Positions 9,069 through 18,810 of a stretch of 64,000 bases of DNA are shown one piece after another; position 1 is the first letter of the stretch, and every line of letters begins with the position of its first letter. The stretch is from Candidatus Aminicenantes bacterium. GTDB lineage: Bacteria > Acidobacteriota > Aminicenantia > UBA2199. The notes under the pieces were generated by a model, which was not told the DNA's origin, made no database searches, and was given only the letters and a program-made list of their open reading frames with translations. Position numbers and translations under genes: made by a program. Location of the stretch: NCBI GenBank assembly GCA_016926835.1, contig JAFGNX010000116.1, forward strand, positions 5,639-69,638, read 5' to 3'.

Positions 9069-9273
9069 TATCTTCTTCCAGGGATTCAACCAATGTCAGC
9101 AGGCTGTTGATCTTGCGCCTGATCTCCTTTCTTTCCTTGTCTATTTGGACTTTGTCCTGCTCAACCTCAGCCAGTGCTTTTTTCAGGTCGCGATTGTTTG
9201 CACGCAGGCGTTTTATTTCCTCCACCAATGCCATTACCCGCGTTTCCAGACGGGAAAAATCATTTTCCGGCAT
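9052..9273 (-). CDS. zapB: ZapB-like coiled-coil cell division protein
   Basis: 73 aa entirely heptad/coiled-coil (LETRVMALVEEIKRLRANNRDLKK...), RBS GGAGGAGGG, directly upstream of zapA. Confidence 0.6.
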   Translation of the reverse strand: MPENDFSRLETRVMALVEEIKRLRANNRDLKKALAEVEQDKVQIDKERKEIRRKINSLLTLVESLEEDNGKND

Positions 9274-9286
9274 GGTTCCCTCCTCC

Positions 9287-11356
9287 TTATGTTCTGAGTT
9301 CCAGTTTCAGGGTAGCTACCAGATTGTTCACCAGTACGGTGTGAATGCGATTTACTCTCTCTCCGGTTAATGTCTGATGCGCATGACGGTAATAGAAACT
9401 CATGGCCATGCTGATCCGCTCCCCCCCTGAATCCGTCCGATCCCGGTAACAATCAAACAGATGATAGGACTCCAGTTCCTCCGGGCGATGCGCTTCGATG
9501 GCTTTTTCCAGGTCCGAAAACGAAACTCCTGCGGGAATATAGACAGACAGGTCCCGTTTCACCATGGGAAAACGGTTCCACTGCGCAAAGCGCTGTTCCT
9601 TGCGTTTTCTCAGCAGAGAAGACAACCCGATCTCCATGGCGGAAACGGTTTTGTCTAAACCCGCGGCCTGGACGGTTTCTGTTTTCAGACAGCCCATCCA
9701 TCCGGCCGGTTGCTGATGGATCTGGATCGCAAAAGAGCAACCCGGCTGCAACCAGGGAAAATCGCGTTGCTCCAGATGAAATTCCACACTCAGCCCCAGC
9801 AGAAACGCTTCCATTTCCCCGCGGAATACAAAGAAATCGATATCCTCGACCTTGGAGTTGCGCCAGGAAAGGGGTTCGTGTTCACCCCATGCCGAAACCG
9901 CCAGAGCTTCTTCTTCGCAGCCATCACTGCCCGAACAACGGGAAAAGCGTTTTCCCGTCTCGAACAACTTCACGGTCAGAGCCCCGTGATTGGCATTGTG
10001 AGCCGTGGCGCGCAATAGTCCCGGCACCAGGGAATTGCGCAGAACAGCGTATTCTTTTCCCAGCGGGTTGCGCAAGCCGATAAAATCCGTGTGGGTGGAC
10101 TCCGCTCCCGCCATTAACAGGTTGTCTTCCAGGGACTGAAAAGAGTAATTCAAAGCCTGGAAATAGCCGTTGGCAATCAAGTGACGCCCCGCTTTCAGCC
10201 GCAGGTTTCGTTTTGCGTTCGGACTGAAAGACAGGTTGACGGTACGCGGCATGGAAGCCGGTATGCGATTGTAGCCGTAGATGCGAGTGATCTCCTCCAC
10301 GAGGTCCTGTTTGCATGTAATATCAACACGAAAAGAAGGTACGGTCACAGTCCAGAGTTTTTTGTCGATCGAATCAACCTGGAATCCCAGGCGTTCCAGA
10401 ATCGCAGCCGCTTCAGAACGGGGAATTTCTACGCCGGTATAGCGGCTGGGATAGTCGGCCGGCATCTGAACCGTGGTTGCCAGGAAAAGGCCGGGGTACT
10501 CATCATGATACCCGCTGCTGACCACGGGTTTGTCGGACCATGCTCGCAGATAGGCCAAAGCCATGACAATGGCACCGGGCGTCGCCGTGATATCGGTCCC
10601 ACGCTCAAAGCGATATGATGCGTCGGTCTGCAAGCCCAATCTACGGGCTGTACGACGTATGCGTACGGGGTCGAACCAAGCGCTCTCCACAAATACGCGC
10701 CGGGTACGATTCGTGATACCGGATTCAACCCCACCCATGATACCGGCCAGCGCAACCGGACGGCGGGCATCGGCAATGACGATATCCTCAGTTTCCAACT
10801 CCACTTCCCGCTCGTCCAGAAGCCGCAACCGTTCTCCGGGGCGTGCCCGCCGAACCCGGATCTGTTTGCCCTCCAGGCAATCCAGGTCAAACATGTGCAA
10901 TGGATGCCCCATGGCCATGAGCACCATGTTTGAAGCGTCTACTATCTGGTTGATGGGGCGAAGTCCCAGGGATTCCAACAAGGCGCCGATTTCCGCTGGA
11001 GACGCAGACGGCTCTATACCGTGGATCTCACATCCTGAGTACCTTCGACAATCCGATACGGATTCGATCTGGATATCGACTGAACCGGCGCCCTCCCCCA
11101 CTGCCAGAGCCGGATCCAGACTGTTCGGCAGAACCAGCGGTAAATCGGGCAGTCGCGCATGGATTTCCCTGGCGATGCCCAGGTGAGACAGCCAATCCGG
11201 ACGGTTGGGAGTGATCTCTACTGTAAAAGCGGTGGAGTTGTCACATCCGTGGACTTCAGCCACCTCAATACCGAGGGAAGCCAGTAACTCTTTGGTTTCC
11301 ACCACCGGCATTTCCACGTCGATAAACTGTTTCAGGAATCGTAGGTTGATGCGCAT
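9287..11356 (-). CDS. pheT: Phenylalanine--tRNA ligase beta subunit (short form, 689 aa)
   Basis: B3/4, B5 and FDX-ACB domains recognisable; follows pheS by 5 nt; lacks N-terminal tRNA-binding (Myf) extension relative to about 800-aa forms. Confidence 0.85.
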   Translation of the reverse strand: MRINLRFLKQFIDVEMPVVETKELLASLGIEVAEVHGCDNSTAFTVEITPNRPDWLSHLGIAREIHARLPDLPLVLPNSLDPALAVGEGAGSVDIQIESVSDCRRYSGCEIHGIEPSASPAEIGALLESLGLRPINQIVDASNMVLMAMGHPLHMFDLDCLEGKQIRVRRARPGERLRLLDEREVELETEDIVIADARRPVALAGIMGGVESGITNRTRRVFVESAWFDPVRIRRTARRLGLQTDASYRFERGTDITATPGAIVMALAYLRAWSDKPVVSSGYHDEYPGLFLATTVQMPADYPSRYTGVEIPRSEAAAILERLGFQVDSIDKKLWTVTVPSFRVDITCKQDLVEEITRIYGYNRIPASMPRTVNLSFSPNAKRNLRLKAGRHLIANGYFQALNYSFQSLEDNLLMAGAESTHTDFIGLRNPLGKEYAVLRNSLVPGLLRATAHNANHGALTVKLFETGKRFSRCSGSDGCEEEALAVSAWGEHEPLSWRNSKVEDIDFFVFRGEMEAFLLGLSVEFHLEQRDFPWLQPGCSFAIQIHQQPAGWMGCLKTETVQAAGLDKTVSAMEIGLSSLLRKRKEQRFAQWNRFPMVKRDLSVYIPAGVSFSDLEKAIEAHRPEELESYHLFDCYRDRTDSGGERISMAMSFYYRHAHQTLTGERVNRIHTVLVNNLVATLKLELRT

Positions 11357-11361
11357 GGGGG

Positions 11362-12396
11362 TTATCTGAATTGGCGCAAAAAGCGCAGATCATTTTCAAA
11401 AAACATGCGTAGATCGGGAACACCATGCCTCAGCAATGCGATCCGATCCACTCCCATTCCAAAGGCAAAACCGGAAAACAGATCGGGATCGATGCCGCAG
11501 TTCATTAAAACCCCGGGATGCACCATTCCGCTGCCGAGGATTTCCAGCCAACCGGTACCTTTGCAGATGCGGCACTCCGCATCCTGTCCGAAGCATAGAA
11601 AGCAACTGATGTCGATTTCCGCCGATGGTTCGGTGAACGGGAAATAGCCCGGTCGAAACCGGGTCTTGATATCCTCACCGAAAAAGGCACGGATAAAGGC
11701 TTCAAGTATGCCGCGCAGGTGGGAAAAGTTGATTTCTCGGTCTACCAGCAGGCCCTCGATCTGATGAAAAACCGGCGTATGTGTGGCATCCGGTTCGTCT
11801 TTTCGAAATACTTTTCCGGGAAAAATGGCCTTGAATGGGGGCTGTTTTGACTTCATGTAGCGGATCTGAACCGGAGATGTGTGGGTGCGCAGAACCATGT
11901 CATCGATATCCTGAATAAAAAACGTATCCTGCTCATCACGGGCCGGATGGTGGGCGGGGATATTCAAGGCGGTGAAGTTGTTGTATTCACTCTCCATCTC
12001 CGGCCCTTCCGCCACTTCATATCCCATCTGGATAAAGATATCCTCCAGTTCGGTACGTGTCCGTTCAATCAGGTGGGGAGCGCCCGGGGCATGGGAAACA
12101 GGCGGCAATGTCCAGTCGATCCCTGGTTTGCGTCGATCGGGCTCCAATCGCGTGAACACCTCATCCAGGCTTTGCTCAACCATTTGCTTGAAACGGTTGA
12201 TGAGGCGACCGGCTTCGGCTTTCTCTTTCGGAGGGATATCCCGCAACCGCTGCATGAGAAGCGGGCAGATACCTTTACGGCGGCTGAAGTACTTTTCCTT
12301 CAACCCGCGATGCTGCTGCTGAGATTGAACCTGCTCGACCTCCGCCTTGAAAACCTGAATCAGTTCATCAATCTCATGACTGAGTTCCCGGCTCAT
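11362..12396 (-). CDS. pheS: Phenylalanine--tRNA ligase alpha subunit
   Basis: Class II aaRS core with FTEPSAEIDISCF...GSGMVHPGVL; 344 aa; overlaps rplT stop by 4 nt. Confidence 0.9.
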   Translation of the reverse strand: MSRELSHEIDELIQVFKAEVEQVQSQQQHRGLKEKYFSRRKGICPLLMQRLRDIPPKEKAEAGRLINRFKQMVEQSLDEVFTRLEPDRRKPGIDWTLPPVSHAPGAPHLIERTRTELEDIFIQMGYEVAEGPEMESEYNNFTALNIPAHHPARDEQDTFFIQDIDDMVLRTHTSPVQIRYMKSKQPPFKAIFPGKVFRKDEPDATHTPVFHQIEGLLVDREINFSHLRGILEAFIRAFFGEDIKTRFRPGYFPFTEPSAEIDISCFLCFGQDAECRICKGTGWLEILGSGMVHPGVLMNCGIDPDLFSGFAFGMGVDRIALLRHGVPDLRMFFENDLRFLRQFR

Positions 12397-12746
12397 AGGT
12401 ACGTTTTGACTTTCTCAACGATACCTTTGAATGTGTCCGGTTCAGTGGCTGCAAGATTGGATAGCACCTTGCGGTTCAGGCGGATCTGCGCTTTGTCCAT
12501 GCCATGAATAAACGTGGCGTAATTCAGGTCGTGCTGACGCACGGCGGCGTTGATGCGCACGTTCCACAGGCGCCGGAAATCCCGTTTGCGATTGCGGCGA
12601 TCCCGATAAGCGTATTGAAGTGATCGTTCAACGGCCTCGCGAGCGGTTCGGTAATTGTGGCTCTTGGCACCGAAGAACCCGCTGGCCAGTTTTAAAATCT
12701 TGTTGCGGCGATTCAGTTTTTTATTTCCGCGTTTTACTCTGGGCAT
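12393..12746 (-). CDS. rplT: 50S ribosomal protein L20
   Basis: MPRVKRGNKKLNRRNKILKLASGF... canonical L20. Confidence 0.95.
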   Translation of the reverse strand: MPRVKRGNKKLNRRNKILKLASGFFGAKSHNYRTAREAVERSLQYAYRDRRNRKRDFRRLWNVRINAAVRQHDLNYATFIHGMDKAQIRLNRKVLSNLAATEPDTFKGIVEKVKTYL

Positions 12747-12805
12747 CTCATCCTCCGTCTAACACCTTTTCATTTGCCCCATTGCGTTCTCTCTGTGAAA
12801 AATCC

Positions 12806-13003
12806 TCAGCCATACGGCAACAGGTTCTTCATCTGCTTGGCTTCTTCCTTGACAACTATGGTGGATTTCCGCAGGTTACGTTTGCGCTTGGCGCTTTTTT
12901 TGGTCAGAATATGTGAAGCAAAGGCGCGACTGCGGCGGATTTTGCCGCTGCCGGTAAAGCGGAAGCGTTTCCGTGCGCCTCTATGGGTTTTTAGTTTCGG
13001 CAT
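12806..13003 (-). CDS. rpmI: 50S ribosomal protein L35
   Basis: [24 protein letters not shown]... canonical L35, 65 aa. Confidence 0.95.
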   Translation of the reverse strand: MPKLKTHRGARKRFRFTGSGKIRRSRAFASHILTKKSAKRKRNLRKSTIVVKEEAKQMKNLLPYG

Positions 13004-13556
13004 CTTTTCCTCCTTTCTTCTTGCCGATCAATATATGGGTTGAAAACCGTTCTCTCTTGGGCATGGATTCGATTTCAGCAAAATCCCTGATGATTTCAAG
13101 GATCTTTTCAGTCATGGTGTGCAGCATTTCCGGCTTGCGTTTCTGGCGGCCACGCAACCACACCGTAATCTTGACCTTGTTGCCTTCATCCAGGAATTCC
13201 CGGATCTTTTTCAGTTTGACTTCGATATCATGTTCCCCGATTACCGGCGTGAACTTGATCTCTTTTACCTGGATCTTTTTCTGCAGCTTCAGGGCCTCAT
13301 GTGCTTTTTTCTGAATGCTGTAGAGGTACTTGCCGTAGTCGAGAAGTCGACATACCGGAGGGTTCGCATTCGGCGAAATCTCTACCAGGTCCATGCCCTT
13401 TTCTTCGGCGATTGTCAGTGCTTCACGCACCGGCACAATCCCCAACTGATTTTTTTCTTCATCAATTAGCCGTACTTCCTGAGCACGAATTTCCCGGTTG
13501 ATACGGTGAGGCCGGGTCTTCTGAACAGGTCTTCTAGTGCTGTACCTTCTTCGCAA
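12981..13556 (-). CDS. infC: Translation initiation factor IF-3
   Basis: [23 protein letters not shown]...[26 protein letters not shown]; no in-frame ATG near N-terminus, consistent with the non-canonical (AUU/AUA-type) start typical of infC; exact start uncertain; overlaps thrS 3' end. Confidence 0.8.
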   Translation of the reverse strand: MRRRYSTRRPVQKTRPHRINREIRAQEVRLIDEEKNQLGIVPVREALTIAEEKGMDLVEISPNANPPVCRLLDYGKYLYSIQKKAHEALKLQKKIQVKEIKFTPVIGEHDIEVKLKKIREFLDEGNKVKITVWLRGRQKRKPEMLHTMTEKILEIIRDFAEIESMPKRERFSTHILIGKKKGGKDAETKNP

Positions 13557-15387
13557 ACGTTTTCTCCTCGATGGCTTTTAAAATCGAATGAACCAGCTCT
13601 TCGAGCGCCATCTTGCCCTGGTCCCCGCTGCGATGGATGCGCAGCGAGATGTCCTGGTTCTTTTCCTCTTCATCACCCAGAATCAGAATGTACGGGATCT
13701 TTTCCATTTCCGCGTCACGGATCTTGCGTCCCATGCCTTCACTGCGGCTGTCCAGACGCGCCCGGATCCCTTTCTGGTTCAGGTTGTTTCGCACCTGTCC
13801 GGCATAGGCGGCATTGCGATCGTTAATGGGAATTACCACAGCCTGAACCGGAGCCAGCCATACCGGGAAATAGCCTCCGTAGTGTTCAATCAGGATGCCG
13901 AAGAACCGTTCCAGCGATCCCAGCAGGGCTCTGTGAATCATAATGGGTCTTTCTATATCCCCGATTTCATTGGTATAGCGCAAATCAAATCGTCTGGGCA
14001 TATTGAAATCCACCTGGATGGTGGAACACTGCCATGAACGATTTAACACATCTTTGACTTTAATGTCGATCTTGGGGCCGTAAAACACGCCCTCACCCGG
14101 ATCAACGGTAAATGCCACTCCGGACTCTTTCAGGGCCCTTTCCAATGCGTTCGTAGCCAGGTCCCATTCCTCGGGATCACCCACAAAGTTTTCTGGACGG
14201 GTGGAAAGAAATACGTCCAGTTCAACAAAACCGAATGTCTTCAGAATATTCAAACTGAACCGGATCAGTTCCTTGACTTCCTCAAGGATCTGGTCCCGGG
14301 TACAGAAAATATGGGCATCGTCCTGGGTAAAACCGCGCACCCGCAGCAATCCATGCAACACGCCGCTGCGTTCATACCGATAAACCGTGCCCAGTTCCGC
14401 CCAACGCAAGGGCAATTCGCGCCAACTCCGTGTGCGGGATTTGAACACCACCAGATGAAAGGGGCAGTTCATGGGTTTCAACTGGTACTCGGTGTGGTCG
14501 AACTCGATCGGGGTAAACATGTTTTCACTGTAGAACCCCTTGTGACCACTGGTTTCCCACAATTCACCACGGGCTATATGCGGCGTATACAAGAGTTCAT
14601 AACCGGAACGAAGGTGCTCTTCCCTCCAGTATTTCTCTACTTCGTAGCGGATCATAGCGCCGCGTGGATGCCAGAGTACCAGCCCGGCTCCGATCTCATT
14701 TTGAATGGAAAACAGGTCCAGGTCCCGGCCCAACTTGCGGTGATCCCTTTCCTTGGCCTCTCGGAGAAAGCCAAGGTGATCATCCAGTTGCTCTCTGGTG
14801 GGGAATACCACGCCATAGATCCGCTGCATCGAATGGCTGGCTTCATCTCCCTTCCAGTAAGCCGCGGCAACGGATAGAAGTTTGAAATGCTTCAATAATC
14901 CCGTTGACGGCAGGTGCGGCCCACGGCACAGGTCCGTGAAGTCACCCTGGCGGTATACAGTTACACTCTCCCCTTCCACTTTCTCATGAATCAGTTCCAC
15001 TTTCAGAAACTGGCCCTTTCGGGAAAAGAGTTCCAGGGCATCCTGTCTGGGTAGAATTTCACGCTTGATGGGAAGGTTCTGCTTTGCCAGGTGAGCCATG
15101 CGACGGGCAATTTTTTCAAGATCCTCAGGAGTGAACGGCTTCTCGGTCAAAAAATCGTAATAAAAACCATTCTCTACCGCGGGTCCAACACCGTATTGAA
15201 CACCGGGGAACAACTCAACCACCGCATGGGCCAGAAGATGAGCGCAGGAGTGGCGAAATACGTTCAAGGCATCCGGATGCTCGGGAAACACAAATTCAAA
15301 CTGATCCGCCTCAACAGTTGCAGCGCCCAGATCGGTCAACTCACCGTTTACGCGCATCAGAACAGGTTTGCCGTCTTTGTTACTCAT
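13534..15387 (-). CDS. thrS: Threonine--tRNA ligase
   Basis: 617 aa with TGS domain N-terminus, class II core and anticodon-binding domain; heads the conserved thrS-infC-rpmI-rplT-pheST cluster. Confidence 0.9.
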   Translation of the reverse strand: MSNKDGKPVLMRVNGELTDLGAATVEADQFEFVFPEHPDALNVFRHSCAHLLAHAVVELFPGVQYGVGPAVENGFYYDFLTEKPFTPEDLEKIARRMAHLAKQNLPIKREILPRQDALELFSRKGQFLKVELIHEKVEGESVTVYRQGDFTDLCRGPHLPSTGLLKHFKLLSVAAAYWKGDEASHSMQRIYGVVFPTREQLDDHLGFLREAKERDHRKLGRDLDLFSIQNEIGAGLVLWHPRGAMIRYEVEKYWREEHLRSGYELLYTPHIARGELWETSGHKGFYSENMFTPIEFDHTEYQLKPMNCPFHLVVFKSRTRSWRELPLRWAELGTVYRYERSGVLHGLLRVRGFTQDDAHIFCTRDQILEEVKELIRFSLNILKTFGFVELDVFLSTRPENFVGDPEEWDLATNALERALKESGVAFTVDPGEGVFYGPKIDIKVKDVLNRSWQCSTIQVDFNMPRRFDLRYTNEIGDIERPIMIHRALLGSLERFFGILIEHYGGYFPVWLAPVQAVVIPINDRNAAYAGQVRNNLNQKGIRARLDSRSEGMGRKIRDAEMEKIPYILILGDEEEKNQDISLRIHRSGDQGKMALEELVHSILKAIEEKTFAKKVQH

Positions 15388-15414
15388 GGTTGGTCCGGGA
15401 GGGAATGGTAGGCG

Positions 15415-15493
15415 CGGGCGGGCTCGAACCGCCGACCTCTACCGTGTCAAGGTAGCACTCTAACCAGAACTGAGCTACGCGCCTGTACCGCAA
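15415..15493 (-). tRNA. tRNA-Val(GAC): tRNA-Val (anticodon GAC)
   Basis: Minus-strand cloverleaf AGGCGCGTAGCTCAG...CTACC-TTGACAC-GGTAG...GGTTCGAGCCC...CGCGCCTACCA; acceptor 7 bp, T-loop TTCGAGC, CCA encoded. Confidence 0.85.
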
Positions 15494-15506
15494 ATTCTGC
15501 AGTTGT

Positions 15507-15782
15507 TTAATCCAGCAGGGTTTTCAGCTTTTTGCCGGGAATGAACTTAGCGACCCGACGCGCCGGGATTTCAATGGTTTCCCCGGTTCGTGGATTCCGG
15601 CCCTTTTTGCGCTTCTTCATCGTGGATTTGAATGTGCCGAATCCCACGATGGTCAATTTCCCGTCTTCCCGCTTCATCTGGTCGATTACGATTTCCACCA
15701 AATTGTCTATAATGGTTAAGGCATCGTTTTTGGTGAATTCGGTATTGTTGACCATAGCGGCCGCCAATTCATTCTTGTTCAT
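15507..15782 (-). CDS. hup: DNA-binding protein HU
   Basis: 91 aa HU/IHF fold (MNKNELAAAMV...GFGTFKSTMKKRKKGRNPRTGETIEIPA); RBS GAGGAGG 6 nt upstream of ATG 15782. Confidence 0.9.
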   Translation of the reverse strand: MNKNELAAAMVNNTEFTKNDALTIIDNLVEIVIDQMKREDGKLTIVGFGTFKSTMKKRKKGRNPRTGETIEIPARRVAKFIPGKKLKTLLD

Positions 15783-15808
15783 AAACAATCCTCCTCTTGA
15801 CGCTAGTA

Positions 15809-15837
15809 AATGTACATGATATCCCCTGCAAAGTCAA
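15809..15837 (-). promoter_or_regulatory. Putative sigma70 promoter for hup (TTGACT-17-TACATT)
   Basis: Read on minus strand: ttgactttgcaggggatatcatgtacatt about 25 nt upstream of hup RBS. Confidence 0.4.
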
Positions 15838-15845
15838 CACTGACG

Positions 15846-15877
15846 GGCAAAAAAGGCAAGCGATCGGCGCTTTTCGG
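15846..15877 (-). terminator. Weak intrinsic terminator after leuD (short stem + U6)
   Basis: Minus-strand RNA aagcg-ccgat-cgctt followed by gccttttttgcc; stem only 5 bp. Confidence 0.3.
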
Positions 15878-15907
15878 ATTCCGGGAACATGCGGGTCAGT
15901 CGATGTC

Positions 15908-16432
15908 TCAGATATTCAGCAGGCTGCCTTTGGCCATAATATCACGTTGAACTTTTGAGAGTTGGGGAATGGAAAAGGTTTCATCGGTGTCCATCATCTT
16001 CACCAATCCAATATCCAGGTCCACGTGAATGGGGTTCAAATGCTCCCATTTCCCGGTTTTCACCAGTTCTCCGGCTTGGGGAAATTCAATGATGGACATA
16101 CCGGAATTGATGGCGTTGCGTTTGTAAATGGCCCCAAAAGACTCAGCGATAATCAGTCGCACACCCAGGGCGCGGAAACAGTCCACCGCGTGTTGGCGGG
16201 ATGATCCCGAACCGAAATTGGCCCCGGCCACCACCACGTCACCATCCTGAACCAGTTCCGGGAAGTGAGTCCAGCCTTCCAGGTTGCCCAGTGCATGGCG
16301 ACCCATCTGATCCACTTCCGTAATATGCAGATGTTGATTGTGAAAAATCTGATCCGTGTCGATATCGGGGATCAATCTCGCTTGCGCGGAGGTCAACAGG
16401 ATCAGTCGGCCTGTAAACTGGTGTAGTGACAT
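15908..16432 (-). CDS. leuD: 3-isopropylmalate/homoaconitate dehydratase small subunit (LeuD-like)
   Basis: 174 aa aconitase swivel domain (GANFGSGSSRQHA); immediately follows leuC. Confidence 0.75.
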   Translation of the reverse strand: MSLHQFTGRLILLTSAQARLIPDIDTDQIFHNQHLHITEVDQMGRHALGNLEGWTHFPELVQDGDVVVAGANFGSGSSRQHAVDCFRALGVRLIIAESFGAIYKRNAINSGMSIIEFPQAGELVKTGKWEHLNPIHVDLDIGLVKMMDTDETFSIPQLSKVQRDIMAKGSLLNI

Positions 16433-16435
16433 TCG

Positions 16436-17689
16436 CTAGCCCTCCTTTGCGTTCAATCTTCCGGTCAACACCGACCAGGCCACTACTTCCGGTGAAGTCA
16501 GGTAGTTGAATCCGTCACCCTGCTTGCCGGGGAAATTGCGATTGCCAGTGGAAAGCATGACCTCATTGCGGCCGGTCATACCGATATGACCTTGGGCACA
16601 GCCCCCGCAACCCGGGTTGGAGATAATCGCGCCTGCATCGAAAAGGTCATTCAGCATGCCCCTGTCCATGGCCGCTTTGTATACTCGCTGGGTGCTGGGA
16701 ACGACTGCCAGTCGTGTTCCCGGGGCGATTTTCCGTCCTTTCAGGATTTTCCAGGCCGCCTCGATATCCTCAAGCCGTCCATTGGTGCAGGAACCGATAA
16801 ATCCGAAATCAACCTTGACATCACCCAGTTCTGATACTTTGCAAACATTGTGCGGAACCGGCGGAGCCGCTACCATGGCTTCAATGCCGGAGACGTCAAC
16901 TACGATCTCTTCATCATAGGTCGCGTCCGGGTCGGCACGGACTTCGGCGGGGCACTCCCCCATTCCGTTCATGGCCAGAATCTGCTCCATGGTTTGATTG
17001 TTGAATGGAATAAACCCCACGATTCCACCCATTTCGGTGATCATGCTCAGCAAAGTAATCCGACCCGGCAGATCGAGTTTTTCCACGGTCTCGCCCACGA
17101 ATTCAACCGCACAACCCAATACACGATCGGTTTTCAATTCGCCCAGTATCCACAGCGCCAGGTCTTTGCCGTTGATTGGAACCCGTGGCTTCCCCATCAC
17201 CCGAATCAGCTTGGTGCGGGGGACCTCAAACCAGGTACGGCCCTTGCGGAATCCAAAAGCGATATCCACATCTCCCATACCCTGACCGAAACAGTTGACG
17301 GCACCGAGAATGTTCATGTGGCTGTCTGTGCCCACCACAATGGTCCCCGGCAGGGCGATTCCTTCTTCCATCATCGTATGGGTGCCGATCCCGCGATCCA
17401 CGTCAAATACGCGAATCCCCTGCTCATGTGCGAATTCGCGGCAGATCTGCTGGTTATTGGCATACTGGATGGTTTTGGGAGGGACGGTTAAATCAAAGGT
17501 GAAAAACACCCGGTCTCGATCCACCACCGGCGTGTCCTTATAGTGATTGCGATAATTCTTGACCACATTCGGGCCGGCAAAATCCCGGGCGGAAATCACA
17601 TCAAGATCGATCCACACAATTTTTCCCGGCGCTACCTCTTCCCGGGTATGCCGGGCGAAAATTTTCTCAATTACCGTTTTTCCGCTCAT
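16436..17689 (-). CDS. leuC: 3-isopropylmalate/homoaconitate dehydratase large subunit, short archaeal-type (LeuC-like)
   Basis: 417 aa aconitase catalytic domain with GSCTNGR and GCGGCAQGH cluster ligands; ATG overlaps mglA stop (ATGA). Confidence 0.75.
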   Translation of the reverse strand: MSGKTVIEKIFARHTREEVAPGKIVWIDLDVISARDFAGPNVVKNYRNHYKDTPVVDRDRVFFTFDLTVPPKTIQYANNQQICREFAHEQGIRVFDVDRGIGTHTMMEEGIALPGTIVVGTDSHMNILGAVNCFGQGMGDVDIAFGFRKGRTWFEVPRTKLIRVMGKPRVPINGKDLALWILGELKTDRVLGCAVEFVGETVEKLDLPGRITLLSMITEMGGIVGFIPFNNQTMEQILAMNGMGECPAEVRADPDATYDEEIVVDVSGIEAMVAAPPVPHNVCKVSELGDVKVDFGFIGSCTNGRLEDIEAAWKILKGRKIAPGTRLAVVPSTQRVYKAAMDRGMLNDLFDAGAIISNPGCGGCAQGHIGMTGRNEVMLSTGNRNFPGKQGDGFNYLTSPEVVAWSVLTGRLNAKEG

Positions 17690-18276
17690 TGCAATTTCCT
17701 CTTCACATCGATCATTACCAGCCTGGAGATCTGTTTCAGGGTATCGATAACCCCATCTCCCTTTGTGGCGATGGCTTCCGTTACGGGTTCGTCTTTTTTT
17801 CGCAACACCGAAATCAATTCATCGGCGGGAGTGATATTGGGCAAATCCCGTTTGTTTAACTGCAGCACATAGGGCATCTGCTCGAAATTCAATTTGTATT
17901 CGCGCAGGTTTTCCAACATGTCTTCAAGGCTTTCGATGTTGGCTTCAAACCGTTCACGCTGTGAATCGGCCACAAACACCAGTCCATCCACCCCCTTGAG
18001 AATCAGCTTGCGGGAACTGCTGTAATAGATCTGTCCGGGTACGGTGTACAGATGGAATTTGACCTTGTATCCCTTGATCTGGCCCAGATCCAGGGGAAAG
18101 AAATCAAAAAACAGGGTTCGCTCGGTTTCAGTGGCCAGGCTGACCAGTTTGCCCTTGTTTTCGCTCTTGATCTTCTCGTATATGTATTTGATGTTGGTGG
18201 TTTTGCCACTGAGCCCCGGGCCATAGTAGACGATTTTAAAGTTGATCTCGCGGGTGGAATAGTTTAAAAACGACAA
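17686..18276 (-). CDS. mglA: Ras-like small GTPase MglA
   Basis: 196 aa; N-terminus SFLNYSTREINFKIVYYGPGLSGKTTN and TVPGQ/ KGVDGLVFVADSQ motifs are near-identical to Myxococcus/Thermus MglA; TTG start 2 nt after mglB stop. Confidence 0.85.
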   Translation of the reverse strand: MSFLNYSTREINFKIVYYGPGLSGKTTNIKYIYEKIKSENKGKLVSLATETERTLFFDFFPLDLGQIKGYKVKFHLYTVPGQIYYSSSRKLILKGVDGLVFVADSQRERFEANIESLEDMLENLREYKLNFEQMPYVLQLNKRDLPNITPADELISVLRKKDEPVTEAIATKGDGVIDTLKQISRLVMIDVKRKLQ

Positions 18277-18278
18277 TG

Positions 18279-18767
18279 TCAGTCTCCAAATATCTCGTCA
18301 ATGTCAGCGTCCGTAACTCCTTCAAAAGGAGATATATCATCCTTGAACACGTTTGACTTCAGTTTTTCGTTAATGGTTTGAAACACCCCGGCCAACTCGT
18401 GTGTGGCGTTTTTTACACGGAAACGCACCAGGCCCAGGTTCGATTCCCGGCGAAAGATGTTGATCAACATGGTCCGTTCATTGATCAGAGACACGTAGAG
18501 GCTTTTGGAATCGGACTCGGTTAACACACTGGTGAATTTGTCGATCTCCAGCATCTGGGCGATACTGTTGACCGCAGAAATACTGCCGGCGATCAGCGAT
18601 GATATAGAGTTCAAATAGGAGTCATCCAGATCGCCGGTGGAGGCGATACAGTGCCCCTCGGAATCGGTGATGAAAACAATCTCCGATCCCGAATTGACTT
18701 TGAGCTCATCAAGGATCTTCTTGATCAACACATATTCTTCATTGTATATGACAAAATTTTCCTGCAT
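18279..18767 (-). CDS. mglB: MglB (Roadblock/LC7 domain GTPase-activating protein for MglA)
   Basis: 162 aa Roadblock/LC7-like protein immediately upstream of and coupled to mglA, the canonical mglBA arrangement. Confidence 0.75.
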   Translation of the reverse strand: MQENFVIYNEEYVLIKKILDELKVNSGSEIVFITDSEGHCIASTGDLDDSYLNSISSLIAGSISAVNSIAQMLEIDKFTSVLTESDSKSLYVSLINERTMLINIFRRESNLGLVRFRVKNATHELAGVFQTINEKLKSNVFKDDISPFEGVTDADIDEIFGD

Positions 18768-18810
18768 GGTCTAACTATTATGAAACGCCTCAATTCGCTT
18801 GTCAACCATA

